Part shown: positions 36,745 to 46,346 of the stretch, piece by piece
Position numbering within the stretch: position 1 is the first letter of the stretch
Layout of the letters: every line of letters starts with the position of its first letter
Notes under the pieces: generated by a model
What the model saw: only the letters and a program-made list of their open reading frames with translations
The model's database searches: none
What the model was told of the DNA's origin: nothing
IMG/VR virus record: IMGVR_UViG_3300044844_001309
Location: 1-53,356 of that record
Length of the DNA: 53,356 nt
Strand: one strand, 5' to 3'
Source of the DNA: a virus
Lineage: Duplodnaviria; Caudoviricetes
Made by a program: the position numbers and the translations under genes

Positions 36745-37085
36745 GACTGGGGCTCCTTCGGCGCCGGCCGTGGTCCTGCGCTCAGCGCCAGCGCCGTGTA
36801 CGCAATCCCATCCACGAGCCGGGCGAGCTGGTCGAAATCCTCGAGCGCGCCACGCGCCACCTCCTCGCGCCGCTGCGCCTCCTCCAGGGCGATCGCGGCC
36901 AAGTCCCGCTCCCACGGGTTCAGCGCCAGGTACGCGCGCGCGGCGTCCTCTGTCGCTCGAGCCGCGGCACCGGCAGCGCGAGCGAACGCGTCCCGCTCCG
37001 TCCTCAGGGCCGGCGCCCACTGGAGATCGCGCGTCAGCCGGTCGACATCCAGAAGCCACTCGGTCTCAGCTCTGGTCATGCTCAT
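36741..37085 (-). CDS. Hypothetical protein
   Basis: Helical ORF coupled to neighbours. Confidence 0.5.
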   Translation of the reverse strand: MSMTRAETEWLLDVDRLTRDLQWAPALRTERDAFARAAGAAARATEDAARAYLALNPWERDLAAIALEEAQRREEVARGALEDFDQLARLVDGIAYTALALSAGPRPAPKEPQS

Positions 37086-37528
37086 CCCTTGGTCCCCTTC
37101 AGCGACTGCTGTGTACCGGGCGCCATCTCCCGCAGCGCCGCCGCCAGCGCGTTCAGCGTCAGCCACATGGCGTCAATTTCGGGTTCTCGGTCCCGCAGCC
37201 GCTCGATCTGCCGGGTGACGTACGGGAGCGCCAGACGCACACTCGGCAGATCCGCGCCCACCGCGTGCGCGAGCCAGCGCAGCCCACGGTCCGCGTCAGC
37301 CGCGGCCAGGTCGGCGCGGAGCTGGCGCACGTCGTCGCCCACGTGTTCCGCGTCGCCGGTGCCCCAGCACGTCGAGCACGTGTCCCAGGGCATGCCGACC
37401 TGCATCCCGCCGCGCCAGCCGTCGACGGCCCGGCCCAAGCCTCGGCACCGCGGGCACGGAGTGTGGACGCGACGCGCACGGCACGCCGCGGCTAGGTCCT
37501 CGGGAGTGATATGGTGGCGGTGGCTCAC
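37082..37528 (-). CDS. Protein with DnaJ-type zinc finger
   Basis: CPRCRGLG and CSTCWGTG motifs. Confidence 0.55.
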   Translation of the reverse strand: MSHRHHITPEDLAAACRARRVHTPCPRCRGLGRAVDGWRGGMQVGMPWDTCSTCWGTGDAEHVGDDVRQLRADLAAADADRGLRWLAHAVGADLPSVRLALPYVTRQIERLRDREPEIDAMWLTLNALAAALREMAPGTQQSLKGTKG

Positions 37529-37728
37529 CGCCCACCTCGCGGGTGCGCGGCGAGCAGGTCCGCCACAGCGTCGTCAGCAATCTTCACCGCCCCGCGCGTG
37601 TTCAGCTCCTCGCGCACGTACGCCGCCGCATACGCCGCCGCCCACACCGCTTCGAGGCTCACGGCCTCGGCCAGCGGTCGGCCCAGCGGCGCGCAGCCGG
37701 TCTCGGGCGTCTTGGTCTCGCTCATCAC
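37525..37728 (-). CDS. Hypothetical protein
   Basis: VWAAAYAAAY; coupled ORF with AAGGAG RBS. Confidence 0.5.
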   Translation of the reverse strand: MMSETKTPETGCAPLGRPLAEAVSLEAVWAAAYAAAYVREELNTRGAVKIADDAVADLLAAHPRGGR

Positions 37729-38342
37729 TCGGTCTCCTTGACGGCCGCGCCGTCGTCACGTCGTACAGAGGGTGCCCGCCGCCGCTCGCCGAAGATCTCG
37801 CGCACGGTCAGCGACCGGCGCAGCACCCAGGCGGTCACGCCCTCGGCGGGGCGGCTGCGGTTCTCGGGGGTCGGGTCGACGAAGGCCACGCGGCCGGGGC
37901 CCTCGATCGGGTCACGGTGCGCGACCAGCCCCGGCGGTACGTGCTCGAGATGGCGCCACCACGGGGTGTCGAACCGCGACGGAGCCAGCAGCACCACCAG
38001 CCGCCAGCGCCCCGCCCGCACCTCACGCATCGCCAGCTCCGCGAACGGCGCGACGCGCGCGAACGGCGGGTTGAGCCACACGTCGAGCCCCCCGCGCTCG
38101 GCCATGTGCGGGTGGCAGAAGTCGAGGTAGGGGAGCGACGCCTCCAGGTCGCCGAGCGCGTCTTCCACCAGCGACGACCCCGGCCCGAGCCAGTGCTCCG
38201 CGATGGCGTTGTCGGCCGTGGCCGCCGCATCCAAGTCGAACCCGTCGGGCACGTAGCGCGCCTCCAGCGCACGCCACAGGGGCTCGGGCGTGGCCCAGGT
38301 CTGCGGCGCCTTGCCGCTCGTCTGCCGCTTGTGGCCGCTCAT
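37725..38342 (-). CDS. Phage DNA N6-adenine methyltransferase (Dam-like)
   Basis: WATP, FDLDAAA, VWLNPPF, VLLAPSRFDTPWW. Confidence 0.85.
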   Translation of the reverse strand: MSGHKRQTSGKAPQTWATPEPLWRALEARYVPDGFDLDAAATADNAIAEHWLGPGSSLVEDALGDLEASLPYLDFCHPHMAERGGLDVWLNPPFARVAPFAELAMREVRAGRWRLVVLLAPSRFDTPWWRHLEHVPPGLVAHRDPIEGPGRVAFVDPTPENRSRPAEGVTAWVLRRSLTVREIFGERRRAPSVRRDDGAAVKETE

Positions 38343-38581
38343 GCTGACCTCCGGCGCAGACGGAACGGCGCCACGGGCGGGGCCTTGGCGTCCCTGAAGC
38401 GGTGGACGGTCGCGCCCGAGCTCGGCGGCTCGGGCCACGCCACCCCCAGGCGCTCGCAGGCCCGGCGGGCGTCGCCGGTGCGGATGCCGTGGCGGTCGAC
38501 GAAGTCGGCGCCGCGGGTGCCTGCGGCGTAGGTGGCGACGAAGGCCTCGGCCTCGGCGCGGGTGTAGTGGTGGCGGCTCAC
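38339..38581 (-). CDS. Small HTH-like protein
   Basis: HYTRAEAEAFVATYAAGTRGADFVDRHGI. Confidence 0.45.
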   Translation of the reverse strand: MSRHHYTRAEAEAFVATYAAGTRGADFVDRHGIRTGDARRACERLGVAWPEPPSSGATVHRFRDAKAPPVAPFRLRRRSA

Positions 38582-38796
38582 CGGGCACCTCCCGGCGACG
38601 GCCGCGAGGCTACGGCGCGCGCACCGCGAAGCGTCGTGTGCTCCTGGCCGGCCCAGCGCACGCCGTCGACGATGCGCACGACACGGTAATGATGCTTCCC
38701 GCACCGGCTGCCGTCAAAACGCAGCACCGGCGCGGACTCGATCGAGACCGTGTCCGAGAGCTTCTCTCTCACTGTCCATGGACCTAGGTTCATCAT
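38578..38796 (-). CDS. Hypothetical protein
   Basis: Coupled ORF with normal composition. Confidence 0.5.
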   Translation of the reverse strand: MMNLGPWTVREKLSDTVSIESAPVLRFDGSRCGKHHYRVVRIVDGVRWAGQEHTTLRGARAVASRPSPGGAR

Positions 38797-40307
38797 CCGA
38801 CCCTCAGGGTGAGTTGCTTGGTGGCGCGCACCGTGCGCGCGAAGTTGGCCTTGACCAGCGCCTCCGCCATCACCGGCGACACGCTGTTGCCGACCATGCG
38901 GACCTGCTCCGTCTTGGTCAGCGGCGCGCCGTCCGCGCCCTCGTCGATCACGTAGCTGTCCGGGAAGCCTTGGCAGCGGAAGAGCTCGCGGGGGCTCAGC
39001 ATCCGCATGCCGATGTCGACCACCACGTAGGTCTCACCGTCGATCGTCACCGTCGCCAGCTCGGCCGCGGCGTCGTAGCCCTCGAACCGCTGGAGGAGCG
39101 AGTACACCGCCGCGATATGCGTCCCGCCCGCGGTGATCGTCGGCGCGGGCGCCTCGACCGACCGGCCGCCACGGTCCGAGCCGCGGAGGTGCACCAGGTG
39201 GGCCGCCACGAGCGCGTGGTGGTCGACGGTGGTGATGGTGCCCGCGGGCTTGTCGAGCGGGACACCGGCGACCTTGTCGTTGCGCTTGCCGCCGTAGTGC
39301 TTCGCGAGGAACGCGACCGAGAGCGCGTGCTTCACGCCCTCGGCCATCACCGTGCCGAGGGGCTGCTGGATGTCGTAGACGCGCGGCGCCTGGCCCGGCC
39401 GCTCCCCGTTGCCCGAGTGGTAGAGCACCGGGGCCACGAGGGCGAAGCGGTCGCGCGTGACGATGGTGTCGAGCGGTGCGTCCAGGTCACGCGGGCCGCC
39501 CGTGCCGTAGTACTTCACGATGAACGGCCGCGCCGACTTGAGTACGAAGCGCCGGACACCTCGGGCGATGCGGGCCAGCGTCTTGTCCGCCAGCGGGCGC
39601 GGGCGCTCGAAGATCGACGGACACGGGATGCTCCAGTCGATGCACTCGGCCGCGGTGCGGTACGGGTGCGCGCGGCCAGGTCCGTGCGTCGGCTCGGGCC
39701 AGACGATCGGCTGGCCCGTGGACGTGGCGATGATGAACAGCCGCCGGCGCGTGGTCGGCGCGCCGTAGTCGCACGCGCGGAGCTGGCGCCACTCGACGGT
39801 GTACCCGAGCGCACGGAGCTTCCCGACCCACACGCGGAACGACCGGCCCGCCTTCGCAGGGTCGGGCTTGCCGTCGTGGCCCAGCGGCCCCCAGGCCTGG
39901 AACTCCTCGACGTTCTCGACGAACAGCCAGTCCGGCCGCGCCGTCTTCGCCCAGCGCAGCAGCACGCCGGCCAGCGCCCGGCGCTTGTTCGCGCCGCGCG
40001 GGTCGCGGAACGGCGCCGAGCCTCGAGCCTTGCTATGGAAGGTGCAGTCCGGCGAGCCCCACAGCAGCGTGAGCGGGCGGCCGCGGACCACGTCCTCGGG
40101 GCGCGTGTGCCAGATGTCGCCCACCCGGTGCTCGGTCAGGGGGTGGTTGCGGGCGTGCATCGCCAGCGCCTGGCGGTCGTGGTTGATCGCGACGTCGGGC
40201 CCGCGACCCAAGGCCCACTCGATCCCCAGGCTCGCCCCGCCGCCGCCGGCGAAGGCGTCGACGATGAGCCCGTCCGGGTGGATGCGCAGAAGCTTCACCG
40301 CCTTCAC
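38793..40307 (-). CDS. DNA cytosine-C5 methyltransferase
   Basis: DAFAGGGG (I), SPDC (IV), ENV (VI), TRRRLFIIA (VIII), RELFRCQGF (IX), VGNSV (X). Confidence 0.92.
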   Translation of the reverse strand: MKAVKLLRIHPDGLIVDAFAGGGGASLGIEWALGRGPDVAINHDRQALAMHARNHPLTEHRVGDIWHTRPEDVVRGRPLTLLWGSPDCTFHSKARGSAPFRDPRGANKRRALAGVLLRWAKTARPDWLFVENVEEFQAWGPLGHDGKPDPAKAGRSFRVWVGKLRALGYTVEWRQLRACDYGAPTTRRRLFIIATSTGQPIVWPEPTHGPGRAHPYRTAAECIDWSIPCPSIFERPRPLADKTLARIARGVRRFVLKSARPFIVKYYGTGGPRDLDAPLDTIVTRDRFALVAPVLYHSGNGERPGQAPRVYDIQQPLGTVMAEGVKHALSVAFLAKHYGGKRNDKVAGVPLDKPAGTITTVDHHALVAAHLVHLRGSDRGGRSVEAPAPTITAGGTHIAAVYSLLQRFEGYDAAAELATVTIDGETYVVVDIGMRMLSPRELFRCQGFPDSYVIDEGADGAPLTKTEQVRMVGNSVSPVMAEALVKANFARTVRATKQLTLRVG

Positions 40308-42355
40308 GCCGCCACCTCCTGCGCACGCGCGGCCAAGCGCACCACGTGGACGCCTTCGACCTCGGGTACCGTGTCCGGGCATCCTGCCACCAGCACCTGG
40401 TCCACACGCCCCGCGCGGTACGCCGCCACCAGCGCGGCCAGCAGCGCCTCGCGGTACTCGAGCGAGACGGTCTCGATGCCGTCCAGCAGCACCACCCGCC
40501 ACCCGGGCGTATGCTCCGCCAGCAGCACCAGCAGCGCGCCGAGGAAGCGGGTCCGCTCTCCCGTCGACAGCCCGGCCACGTCGACCCCGCCGACGGTCAG
40601 CCGGCAGGCCTCCCCGCCGCGGGCGTCGACCAGCTCGATCGCGACGGGCGCGCCCATCGACGCCGAGAGCGGCGCCTCCAGCTGCGCGCGGGTCGCCGTC
40701 AGGGCCTCGACCTCCCACGTGCGGACCGCGGCGAGCGCATCCACCCAGCCCTCCACGTCGTGGGCCGCGTCGGCCGCCTCGCCCTCGGTGGAGATGGCGC
40801 GGGCCTTCAGCTCGGCGACGGCGCCGGCCGTGGCCAAGAGCTGCTCCACGGTGCGGATCTCGGTCTCGATCGCGTCGGGGTCCCGAGCCGGCGGCATCGC
40901 GTCGATGCGAGAGCGCAGGTCCACGGCCAGGGCCGCCTCGCGCATCGTGCGGAGGGCGTCGGTGAGCGCGTCCACCGCGGCCTGGTGGGTGGCCTGTGCC
41001 GCGCGGCGCGCGCGCGCCAGCGTCCGGCCACGCTCCACCCGCTCGACCACGGGCCACACCTCGGCCAGCAGCATCCGAGCGGCGTTGCCCCACTCGGCGC
41101 GCCGCAGGGCCTCGCGGGCCGTGCGCAGGCGGACGCCGGTGGCGGCGGCCTGCGCCTCCGCCTCAGCGGCCATGAGCTCCAGGTCCGCCACCGCGCCCTC
41201 GGCCGCTTCGGCCAGGCCGGCGAACGCCGCCGCCAGGTCGCAGTCGCAGTCGGGGCAGTGGGAGATCGCCGAGTCGAATGGCTGGCGCAGCATCGTCGCT
41301 CGAGCCCGGCCCTCGGCCAGCGCGGCGTGGATGTTCTGGACCGGGGCGCGGGCGCCCTCGTCGGCGCTCCGCGCCAGCGCCACGTCCGCCTCGGCCAGGT
41401 CCACGTCCGCCTCGTCGGCGGTGCCGTCGGTGTCCCGTCGGGCGTCGGCCAGCGTCCGGGCCGCCGCGTCGAGCCGGGTCCAGTCCTCGTCCGTGGAGGG
41501 GTCCTCGGCCTCGGCATCTTCGGCCGCGGTGAGCGCCGTCGCCGCCTGGTCCACCGCCGCGCGCAGGGCCTCGACGTCGACGTTCGGCCCCTCGGCCGGG
41601 AGCGAGGCCAGCTGGCGCCGCAGGTCGGCCAGGGCCTGAGCGTCGGCCAGCTCGGCGCGGAGGGTCGCGAGGCTCTGCTGCAGCGAGGCGATCGACGCCA
41701 TGGCCGGGGTGTCGTCGGCCGCCTCGACCGCCGCCACGTGGGCGGCGTGGGCCTGCCTCGCCGCGGCGCGGGCCTTCGCCAGCCGGTCGGCCAGGTAGGC
41801 CAGCGCCCGGCCGCGCCAGGCGTCGGGCGTCTCGCCGGCCTCGCCCGCGGGCACCAGCCCCCGGAGCTCGGCGCCGGGCTCGGGCAGCCCGCCGACCAGC
41901 GCCAGCAGCCGCGCCCGAAGGCGGGCCTCGGGCATCGTCAGCAGCGCGTCGGGCGTCCACACGTCGCTCGAGCCGCCGAGCGCCAGCCCGATCGCCCCGA
42001 GGGCCTGGGCGAGCGACGCCCCCGACGGGAGCGCCGAGCGGCCGTCGGGCCCGCACAGCGTCCCGGAGCGGCGGATCGAGCCCCTGTCGTCGCGGGCCCA
42101 GCCGCGCGACATCACCGTGCCGTCGTCGAACGTGCCGCGCACCAGCACGGCGTCCCCCGAGGCCAGGCGCATCACGCCGTCATCGGTGGCCTCGACGCCC
42201 GGGGCGCGCCCGCGGGCCAGCAGGTGGAGGCTGATCAGGGCCTCGCTCTTGCCGGCCCCGTTGGCGCCCACCAGCAGCGTCACCGGGGCCAGCGTCAGCA
42301 CGCGGTCGTGCGCCTTGAGTCCGTCCGTGTACAGGGAGGTGAGGCGGCGGGTCAT
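40304..42355 (-). CDS. Rad50/SbcC/SMC-like ABC ATPase
   Basis: Walker A GANGAGKS, long coiled coil with CPDC zinc hook, signature LSTGE, Walker B VLLDGIE. Confidence 0.85.
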   Translation of the reverse strand: MTRRLTSLYTDGLKAHDRVLTLAPVTLLVGANGAGKSEALISLHLLARGRAPGVEATDDGVMRLASGDAVLVRGTFDDGTVMSRGWARDDRGSIRRSGTLCGPDGRSALPSGASLAQALGAIGLALGGSSDVWTPDALLTMPEARLRARLLALVGGLPEPGAELRGLVPAGEAGETPDAWRGRALAYLADRLAKARAAARQAHAAHVAAVEAADDTPAMASIASLQQSLATLRAELADAQALADLRRQLASLPAEGPNVDVEALRAAVDQAATALTAAEDAEAEDPSTDEDWTRLDAAARTLADARRDTDGTADEADVDLAEADVALARSADEGARAPVQNIHAALAEGRARATMLRQPFDSAISHCPDCDCDLAAAFAGLAEAAEGAVADLELMAAEAEAQAAATGVRLRTAREALRRAEWGNAARMLLAEVWPVVERVERGRTLARARRAAQATHQAAVDALTDALRTMREAALAVDLRSRIDAMPPARDPDAIETEIRTVEQLLATAGAVAELKARAISTEGEAADAAHDVEGWVDALAAVRTWEVEALTATRAQLEAPLSASMGAPVAIELVDARGGEACRLTVGGVDVAGLSTGERTRFLGALLVLLAEHTPGWRVVLLDGIETVSLEYREALLAALVAAYRAGRVDQVLVAGCPDTVPEVEGVHVVRLAARAQEVAA

Positions 42356-43236
42356 CGCGCACCTCGCGCGGCGCGCTGCTGGCGTCGGACGTCCTGCTGC
42401 TCGGCCGCGGCCTCGGCCGCCTCGCGGGCCACCTCCCGCGCCTCGTCGAGCACGGGCCGGGCGCCGCTCATGTCGCGCTCGGGGGCGCCGGCGCGCCGGG
42501 CCTCGGTCAGCACGGCGGCGCGCTGGTCGGGCGTGAGCTTGCGCGGCGAGTCGACGGAGAACATCCGCGCGGCCAGCGCCTTGGTGGCGTCGGCCGTGTA
42601 GCCCGCCTCCTGCATACCGGCCCACCACGCCGCGAACGCCTCGTCCCTGACGGGAGCCGCCGGCGGGGGCGTCTTGGCCGTGGCCTCGGCGGGCCGCTCG
42701 GGCTCGCGCGGCGGCGCCTTCGCGGGCGCGCGGTCCCCTCCCCCGCCCTGACGGCGCTTGTCCCAGCCGCGGTCGTCGCGGTTGTCGACGTCGGCGCTCG
42801 CCTCGTCCTCGCCGCGAGGCAGCAGCAGCAGCGACCGGAGCATGTAGCTCAGGTCATAGGTCTTGGCCGCGGCCAGCGCCTTGTCCCACGGCCGGCCTTT
42901 CTCCGGCATGATGGGCGTCTCGCTGGTGATCTCGCGGCTCTCGCCCGCGGCGTGGATGAGCGCGTAGCGGATGCGCACCGAGAGCGTGGGCTCGACCTCG
43001 GGCCCGCCCGGGATCATCGTCGCGATCTCGTGGCTCATGGCCAGGATGGCCAGGTCGCCCTCGCTCAGCGCGTCGCGGGCCGCGCGGATGACGTCCTCGG
43101 CCGACGCGTAGTTGTAGCCGTGGAACTTGTTGCGGCCGCCCTTGGCGACGGCATGCGCCTCGCGCTGGGCGCGCACGAGCCCGGCGGCCAGGGTCGCGGT
43201 GGGGGTGTGAGCGGTGACGGTCTCGGTGTCGTTCAT
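42352..43236 (-). CDS. ERF-family single-strand annealing protein
   Basis: VAKGGRNKFHGYNYASAEDV...AAAKTY...LLLL..GED. Confidence 0.85.
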   Translation of the reverse strand: MNDTETVTAHTPTATLAAGLVRAQREAHAVAKGGRNKFHGYNYASAEDVIRAARDALSEGDLAILAMSHEIATMIPGGPEVEPTLSVRIRYALIHAAGESREITSETPIMPEKGRPWDKALAAAKTYDLSYMLRSLLLLPRGEDEASADVDNRDDRGWDKRRQGGGGDRAPAKAPPREPERPAEATAKTPPPAAPVRDEAFAAWWAGMQEAGYTADATKALAARMFSVDSPRKLTPDQRAAVLTEARRAGAPERDMSGARPVLDEAREVAREAAEAAAEQQDVRRQQRAARGAR

Positions 43237-43814
43237 CGGCAGGTCTCCTCGGTGCGCACCAGGCGCAGGGTCCAGCGGTGGGGGTGCAGCGACAGGCGCT
43301 CGGCGCCGTCGCAGGTTGGGCAGGGCTCGCCGCGGGCGGTCTCGCCGGGGCGGGGGTCGCAGGCGCAGGCCGGGCACTCGACCGACGTGGCGCGCTGGGC
43401 GGCCAGCTCGGCGGCGAGGGTCAGGACCGACGACACGTCGTCCTCCGTCGCGACCGTGCGCTCCCACGCAAGCACGCTGGAGATCGCATCGGCGCCCGTG
43501 CGCGGGTGCTCCCAGACGCCGGTGTGCCGAGCAAGCGCCAGCGTGATGGCGTCCCACAGGGGGCGCCACTCGGCACGCGACAGGTCGGGCACGGCCAGGA
43601 CCTCGAGCCCCGTCACGCGGTGGAGCGCGCCGCACAGGGTCAGGCTCTCGACCGGGAGATCGTCGCCGACCCCACGCCAGGGCTCGCGCTCGTCGATGAG
43701 CCCCAACATCAGGTCCGCGCCCGAGGGCCGGCACCACATGTGCTCGACCTCCAGCGCGGCCAGGTGGAGCACGTGCGCCACGTCGCCGGGCGCATCGAAC
43801 ACCGCGCCGCTCAC
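43233..43814 (-). CDS. Hypothetical protein with C-terminal zinc finger
   Basis: CPAC...CPTCDG. Confidence 0.5.
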   Translation of the reverse strand: MSGAVFDAPGDVAHVLHLAALEVEHMWCRPSGADLMLGLIDEREPWRGVGDDLPVESLTLCGALHRVTGLEVLAVPDLSRAEWRPLWDAITLALARHTGVWEHPRTGADAISSVLAWERTVATEDDVSSVLTLAAELAAQRATSVECPACACDPRPGETARGEPCPTCDGAERLSLHPHRWTLRLVRTEETCR

Positions 43815-44053
43815 CGCACACCTCCGACCTGACGGATCTCCAGCCAGTGGAGACGGCGCTCCCAACGGTCACGCTCCAGGTGCAGCGTGGTGTGAGCCTC
43901 GTCCAGCGTGCTGCGCAGGTCATGCGGGAGCGAGAGCCGCGCGAGGCTCAGGTGCTGGAGGGCCTCGGTGAGGGCCTCGATCTGCGCCCGGGCCTCGGCC
44001 CGCGCCTCCCCCGCCTCCTCGGCCAGGGTCGCCAACCCCTCGCGGACGCTCAC
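43811..44053 (-). CDS. Hypothetical protein
   Basis: Helical ORF coupled to neighbours. Confidence 0.45.
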   Translation of the reverse strand: MSVREGLATLAEEAGEARAEARAQIEALTEALQHLSLARLSLPHDLRSTLDEAHTTLHLERDRWERRLHWLEIRQVGGVR

Positions 44054-44436
44054 TGGGCACGCTCCCACGAGGCGCGCTCGGCCTGGGCCTCACGCAGCGC
44101 CGCCGACAGCGTGGCGCGGAGCGTGGTCACGCGGTGGCTCTCGGTGTCGGACACCGGCAGGCCCGCGAGGGCGTCGGCGATGGCGCCCACCACGCCGTCG
44201 AGGTCCGCCACCGCCGCCTGCGCGCGGCACGACGGGCAGAGGGTGCAGCTGTCGGGGCGACCCGTGAGGAAGTTGGGGCGCGCGATCGTGGCCACGTTGG
44301 CCTCGGTGCCCTGGTCGCAGTGGTCGACGGCGTAGCCCTCGCACCACTCGCCACCCTCGGCGGGCATGCGGTTGTCGTAGGCGGACTGGAAGGCGCGGCG
44401 AGTGGTGGGGTCGGAGAGGAGAGCGGCGCGAGTCAT
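44050..44436 (-). CDS. Hypothetical Cys-containing protein, first gene of the recombination/replication operon
   Basis: ATG 36 nt downstream of TTGACG. Confidence 0.55.
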   Translation of the reverse strand: MTRAALLSDPTTRRAFQSAYDNRMPAEGGEWCEGYAVDHCDQGTEANVATIARPNFLTGRPDSCTLCPSCRAQAAVADLDGVVGAIADALAGLPVSDTESHRVTTLRATLSAALREAQAERASWERAQ

Positions 44437-44443
44437 CGTGTTA

Positions 44444-44472
44444 TTTGTATATACACGCTGATACGACGTCAA
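44444..44472 (-). promoter_or_regulatory. Sigma70-like promoter (leaderless)
   Basis: TTGACG-17 nt-TACAAA in an AT-rich island, with an A-rich upstream element. Confidence 0.65.
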
Positions 44473-44535
44473 TCCTCTTTTTAGAAGATAGCGGCATAGC
44501 CCGCAAGTGCCCGGTTTCGTTGACCGTTACCGGGG

Positions 44536-45216
44536 TTAGGCGTGGACGCGACCCTTGCGGGGTGAGCCCTTCGGCGCGAGCTGGATGTCGGCCAGCGTGA
44601 GCTTGCGCTTGCCCCGCGCGGCGGGCGCTGGCGTGGCGCGGCCGTCGGTGCCGGTCGCGGCCAGCACCTGCTCGGGGCGCAGCGCCGCGAGCCAGTAGAC
44701 CTGGCCGGTGTCGCCGGTGGCGAGCTGCTGGGCCTGCTGGACCTCGATCGCAGCGGCGCCGTGGCGCTGGGCCACCTCGTCGAACCAGCCGAACTCGCGA
44801 TCGTGCGGGCGCATCTTCAGCTTCGGCCGGTCGTACTGGTCGCGCGCGGCCTCCGTCTCGGGCTCGCCGTCGGGGCCCATGACCACCTTGCCCGCGTCGT
44901 CGCGCTTCGGCTGGCGCTTGACCGTGAGGTGGGTCAGCTCGTGGTCGTAGATCGCGGTGCGGGTCTCGTCGCTGTGGTCGTCCCAGCTCAGGCCGTCGAT
45001 CGTGATGACCGCGTCCGGCGAGCCGAGGGCACGCTCTCGCGGTGGGGTGATGCGGATGGCGGCGTAGGCGCGCGTCCCACGCAGCTTCAGCTCCTTGCGC
45101 GAGCGCAGCACCGTGATGGTCACGCCCGCGGCATGGAGCTCGGGATGATGCTCGGCGATGATGGCGCGGACGCGGTCGTGCTCGGTGTGGTCGGTGACGT
45201 AGAGATCGGCGGTCAT
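44536..45216 (-). CDS. Putative phage metallopeptidase
   Basis: IYDHELTH (HExxH) plus RPHD.E.GWFDEVAQRHG. Confidence 0.8.
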   Translation of the reverse strand: MTADLYVTDHTEHDRVRAIIAEHHPELHAAGVTITVLRSRKELKLRGTRAYAAIRITPPRERALGSPDAVITIDGLSWDDHSDETRTAIYDHELTHLTVKRQPKRDDAGKVVMGPDGEPETEAARDQYDRPKLKMRPHDREFGWFDEVAQRHGAAAIEVQQAQQLATGDTGQVYWLAALRPEQVLAATGTDGRATPAPAARGKRKLTLADIQLAPKGSPRKGRVHA

Positions 45217-45226
45217 AGGTCCTCGG

Positions 45227-45430
45227 CTACGCCGCGGGGCGGCGGGTGATGGGCGGGAGCGGGCGGGTTCGCTCGGCGCCGGTGGAGATGCGGGCACGGC
45301 ACAGGCCGCACGTGACCTCGGTGGGGTCGGCGGTGACGTGCACCTGAGGGCGTGTCGAGCACGCGGCGAAGCTACGCCCGGACGGACGGAGGTGGATGCG
45401 GTGGGGTGAGGGCGGGCGGGCGCGGGTCAT
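45227..45430 (-). CDS. Small zinc-binding hypothetical protein
   Basis: H...AAC...VTCGLC. Confidence 0.4.
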   Translation of the reverse strand: MTRARPPSPHRIHLRPSGRSFAACSTRPQVHVTADPTEVTCGLCRARISTGAERTRPLPPITRRPAA

Positions 45431-45536
45431 CGCCTGACTCCGGTGCCGGTCTGTTGGATGCGCTGAAGCCGCGCGCGCGCCGCCCGGTACGACGCTTTCT
45501 TCTGCAGCCACAGACGGCAGCGCGAGCACGTCGCGC

Positions 45537-45800
45537 TCATCGCCCACACCGCACCGCCGCGCGGATGGCCGCCAGCGCCTCATCGCAGCCCGAGAGGTCC
45601 GTGGGCGTCACGTCCTCGTCGGCCGCCAGCAGGCCCCGCCGCACGCGACGCGGGGGCATCGGCGCGCGGGGCTCGTCCTCGGTCACGGCCACCCGGCCGT
45701 TGCTCAGCAGCCGGATGGCCCGGCCGTCGCTCCGCGTCTCGCGCGGCTCGACCGCCTCGGGCGCGTTGTCCTTGGTCTGGATCCGTCGCATGGCTGACAC
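45537..45800 (-). CDS. Hypothetical protein
   Basis: ORF coupled to neighbours. Confidence 0.4.
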   Translation of the reverse strand: MSAMRRIQTKDNAPEAVEPRETRSDGRAIRLLSNGRVAVTEDEPRAPMPPRRVRRGLLAADEDVTPTDLSGCDEALAAIRAAVRCGR

Positions 45801-45801
45801 C

Positions 45802-46110
45802 TCACCAGTCCATCGAGCCGAGGTACGGCTCCAGTCGCCCGGACGTGACGGCCTCGACCCACCGGGCGCACGGAGCCCTTTGCTTGCGCATCTCTACGTC
45901 GAGCACCTGCTCCCAGGGCTCGCTGGGCAGCATGAGCGGTTCGTCATCGCTCATGACGAAGGACAGCTCATCGTCGGGAGACAGCGCCTCCCACGACGCA
46001 AGAGGGCTGTCGTCCTCACACATGCCAGTGATCGTCCGCGCAACCTCTGCGCTCGACGCTACGACCCAACTGTTACCGTCCGTCCAAACGCTCATCATCT
46101 CTGTGCTCAC
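45802..46110 (-). CDS. Acidic hypothetical protein
   Basis: Normal composition; GGAGG RBS. Confidence 0.55.
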   Translation of the reverse strand: MSTEMMSVWTDGNSWVVASSAEVARTITGMCEDDSPLASWEALSPDDELSFVMSDDEPLMLPSEPWEQVLDVEMRKQRAPCARWVEAVTSGRLEPYLGSMDW

Positions 46111-46346
46111 ATCAGCCTCCGCATCTCGGTCTCGACGCGAGCGCGGGCCGCGCGCATCAGCGCCGGCACCTCGCTCGCCCACAGGGCCACGCGCTCCCCG
46201 GTCCACACCGGATCCACGCGGTCGTGCCGCCACACCGTCGCCCGCACGGTGTGACCCTCGGCGCGGACCTCGCCCTCGCACTCGGCGTGGTGCGTCGTCG
46301 GCCGGGCGCACCAGCGCCGCGTCTCGGGCTCGGTCCACGTGATCAC
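46107..46346 (-). CDS. Hypothetical protein
   Basis: GTGA-coupled; Trp-rich. Confidence 0.45.
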   Translation of the reverse strand: MITWTEPETRRWCARPTTHHAECEGEVRAEGHTVRATVWRHDRVDPVWTGERVALWASEVPALMRAARARVETEMRRLM

